Of a stretch of DNA of 64,000 bases, positions 60,791-64,000 are shown in pieces (positions within the stretch are counted from its first letter, which is position 1; each line of letters starts with the position of its first letter). The translations under genes were made by a program, and so were the position numbers. The DNA is from the human T2T-CHM13v2.0 reference genome, Homo sapiens. The stretch lies in NCBI RefSeq assembly GCF_009914755.1, contig NC_060931.1; one strand, written 5' to 3'. Below the pieces are notes generated by a model. The model did not search any database. It was not told the DNA's origin and saw nothing but the letters and a program-made list of their open reading frames with translations.

Positions 60791-63055
60791 TCTGTAGGCA
60801 TGTGAAATCATTAGTAGTAAACTCACAGCCACTAATATTCAGTCCATATAACATACTTTCTCTTCTTTCTAAGTCTTTGTTGTAAAGATTTTATTGTAAG
60901 TTGTATGAATGTTTGGTGTGTTTGTGACTAAGTATAAAAATCTTACCATTTTAAATTGATTTTATATATGTTACAATATAGTGAAACTTAGAATCATAAT
61001 TGTCTGTTACATTTAAGTATAAATGGAAATGTTTAGAAGTGAAACTTATATTTTAGATTAGAAAATATACTACTATGAAATTTCAAAATCGAAAACTTGA
61101 AGTTCTGCTTAGGCTGTATATTGTATGTTCTCGTGCAAATCTCTTAAATTTTCAGAATACCTTTCTGCATATGTATTTAATATTGGGATAATAACTAGTG
61201 CTTCACAGAATTTTTCTGAGGACTAAATGATTCACATGCATACAAATTTTATGGAAAACAATGTATTTATTAGTTTCTCAGTAGCTTTTATTTTTTATCA
61301 TAATGATTTTTATTATTATATATTAAAAAAGGGCATGTGTCTACTAAGGTAAGAGCTTAGGTAAAATAAAAGCTTAACTAAGAGTTACTCTATCATACAT
61401 TCGTTATTTTTAATAGAAACACCATTATAAAAGCCTGTTCAGCTTCCACTTTAGGTTTGATGCACTGAGAAGTTTGGACTGAAAGTTTTTCACTCTGGGA
61501 TGGATATAGTTCAAAAGTATAGAAAGTTTTCATAAGTTTGAGCCATAGTATTTACAGACCGACTTAAATTTGTGACTCAAGAAATACTAGTGAAATGTGA
61601 ACAGTTGGAAATAAAATGTCTAAAAAATGGTCAATAGCAAAAATATATTTTAAACAAGTATAACAATCACTCTTATCTTTAATGTAATGATGGATTTACT
61701 AGATAAGGGAATGCTAGAATCAATGTACCTTCTATTATAAATTCAATAAATTGTTTCATGAAATGCCGTATAGCACAGCACAAAAAAAATCAATTTCAAA
61801 ATATCACTATTTAAATGGTATTTATTTAAAAGTCAAAAAAGGTCAGAGGAAAAAGAGATCAGATATAAAAGCTACTCTAAGTTTGGTTGGTAAGTAGTCT
61901 TTCCACCTTCTGTGCTTTCTGGCACTTTACATAAACTTTTATTATAGCATCAGTATAGTGAAGGATTGTTATTTGTCGTTTTTCTCTCCAACTAGACTAC
62001 AGATCTTTCGAATCAGAGAACCATACTTATTCATCTCTGGATTCTCAATGCTTAATAAATGCCTCTGAGAAAAAGAATATTGTACATGAAGATTTGGTTT
62101 TGATTAATGTTTTTTTTTCTTAGATGAGGAGGAGCTAACAATATAGAAGTCATTATAGGTAAGAGGGAGAGGCCTGCCGTTACTTCATTTGCAAAACAGA
62201 TGATTGAACTATAGTCAATGTTTCCAAAGGTTTTGTTTTATTTTGAAAATAATTCTATAAGATTATCTTTCTTCATTGTAATATCTTGGGTACAGTGTTA
62301 AGGAACAAGGTTATAGAGGTGGAGTTCTCCCCAAAAGTCTACTCTGCCAGTAAAGCGCAGGGGATCTGCTAAGTCAAGAGCTTAGGTTAGATAAGAGCTC
62401 GCCTATGAGTTGTGCAGTTGTAAATCTGACCACATGAAATATTCTATTACTTGTTTAAAAGAAAAAAAATGCATTTGAAACAAATTGTTTTTGACTTTTC
62501 AGTATGCACCTATATTTAAAATAAAAATGCCATAGTAAAACAATTAATTGGTTCAGTAGGATTTATGTTGAATAAATATTTCATAAAATCTGTCAGTGCA
62601 TGTTAGTATTAATGCAAAGTTGCCTCACATATGATAACTTCAGGTATATAACTACTTTGACTGCCAGCTGACCATAGTTTATTATATATTTTGAGGAACA
62701 TTAGCAGCTCCCTGCTAACAGTATAAACATGGAGAAAGTAGGGCAGAAACCACGGGGCTAAATGAATCTGCAATCGAACTTTATTATGAGAGAATTTTTG
62801 AGAATCCTAAAAAGAAATAATGTAAAGAATACATTCACTATTATGTCTAAAAGTAGATGTTGTATGCTGAGAAAATTACTTACTCAAAAAATTGTAGAAG
62901 CTCTAGTAATTATCCCACACCAGAAAAATGTATTTCAGATGTTTTGATTTATTTGTCTGTTTATTAAAACATTTTTCTAAAAGGAATTATTAGACAAAAA
63001 CTTGCTTGTTTCGAAATACCAAAACTAAGACAAAGAATTCAGGTGTTGGACCTTT

Positions 63056-63190
63056 ATTTCTTAATTTTTTTTAAGAGACAGGGTCTCACTGTGTTGCCCA
63101 GGCTGGCCTTGAACTCCTGTGCTCAAGTGATCCTCCTGCCTCGCCCTCCAGAGTTGCTGGGATTGCAGTTACACACCACCATGCCCAGCC
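63056..63190 (-). mobile_element. FLAM / Alu left monomer
   Basis: Single arm; flanking repeat AGGTGTTG. Confidence 0.8.
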
Positions 63191-63922
63191 AGGTGTTGCT
63201 TTTAAAAACTTTTCCATAACTATAAATTTTCATGAATTAAGACTAACGTCTTCTACATTCTTAATATAAAGTTGTAAGATGCATAGAATAGCAGTTAAGG
63301 AATGGTAAAAGAAAATGAGGATAGTACTTACCAATGTACAAGAAGTCATCTAAAACCAAAATAAGCCATAAGAAATATTGAAATTTTAATTTTAAGATGA
63401 AATATTTATAGGTACATTTCCAATATGCCATAGGTGGGGGGAAAGGATCCTTAATTAACTACTTGAAGATTGTCACCTGACAGTGACAAACTCCTACCAA
63501 AGATCCTAATTACTGTAAAAAGACTTGAAGTGGTAGCTTTTCAAAAATGTTAATTCAGGAACCAGTAAATAACAAAGAAGAATTATTGCTTATCAAAACT
63601 AGCTTTGAACAGTTGATAAAACTTGTCTAGAGTTTTACAAATCATTGAATCAATGGGCTGAGTAGGAAGAGAAAAACATGTCATTGACGATTTAAGAGAA
63701 ACATATTCTAGTATTTCCTTATACGGGAAGAACTAAAAAGTCATTGGGATTTATTTTCTGTATATTTGATGTTCATGTAAAACTTCTAGGCATTAACCAA
63801 CCAAGTCCCAGATGTTCAGTAGTATGGACTTTGCAGCAGAGTACAGACAGAAAATGTAAAGTTAAAAGAAGTGGCAGGGGAAGAAAAATAAAAAGGAAAG
63901 ATGAATAAATTTTAAAAAGTAA

Positions 63923-64000
63923 GTGGCACATATACACCATGGAATACTATGCAGTCATAAAAAAGGATGGGTTCATGTCCTTTGCAGGGATGTGGATGAA
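63923..64000 (+). mobile_element. Start of a 5'-truncated L1PA, running off the window
   Basis: GTGGCACATATACACCATGGAATACTATGCAG (WHIYTMEYYA). Confidence 0.85.

Overview
Primate (hominoid-type) nuclear DNA, AT-rich and dense in repeats, with no intact protein-coding gene. Clear features: a full-length but disabled L1PA3-type LINE-1 (2848-8899, minus, 15-bp TSD); two 5'-inverted (twin-primed) L1s; many Alu, MaLR/ERV LTR, DNA-transposon, L2, MIR and CR1 relics; a full-length THE1; and a processed EEF1G pseudogene (56839-58796). The main result of the hunt: the non-repeat DNA from about 11 kb to at least 44.6 kb carries a colinear set of + strand, AG...GT-bounded exon relics. Through stops and frameshifts they translate into repeated RGS (regulator of G-protein signalling) domain motifs, roughly ten or more copies. 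This suggests a long-dead, unprocessed (possibly unitary) pseudogene of a very large multi-RGS protein. The call is a manual motif reading and needs HMM/tBLASTn confirmation. The window also holds several templated-insertion repair scars. One, inside a MADE1, preserves the ancestral target-site duplication of the neighbouring THE1. Subfamily names come from remembered diagnostic bases, and ancient-repeat boundaries are approximate.
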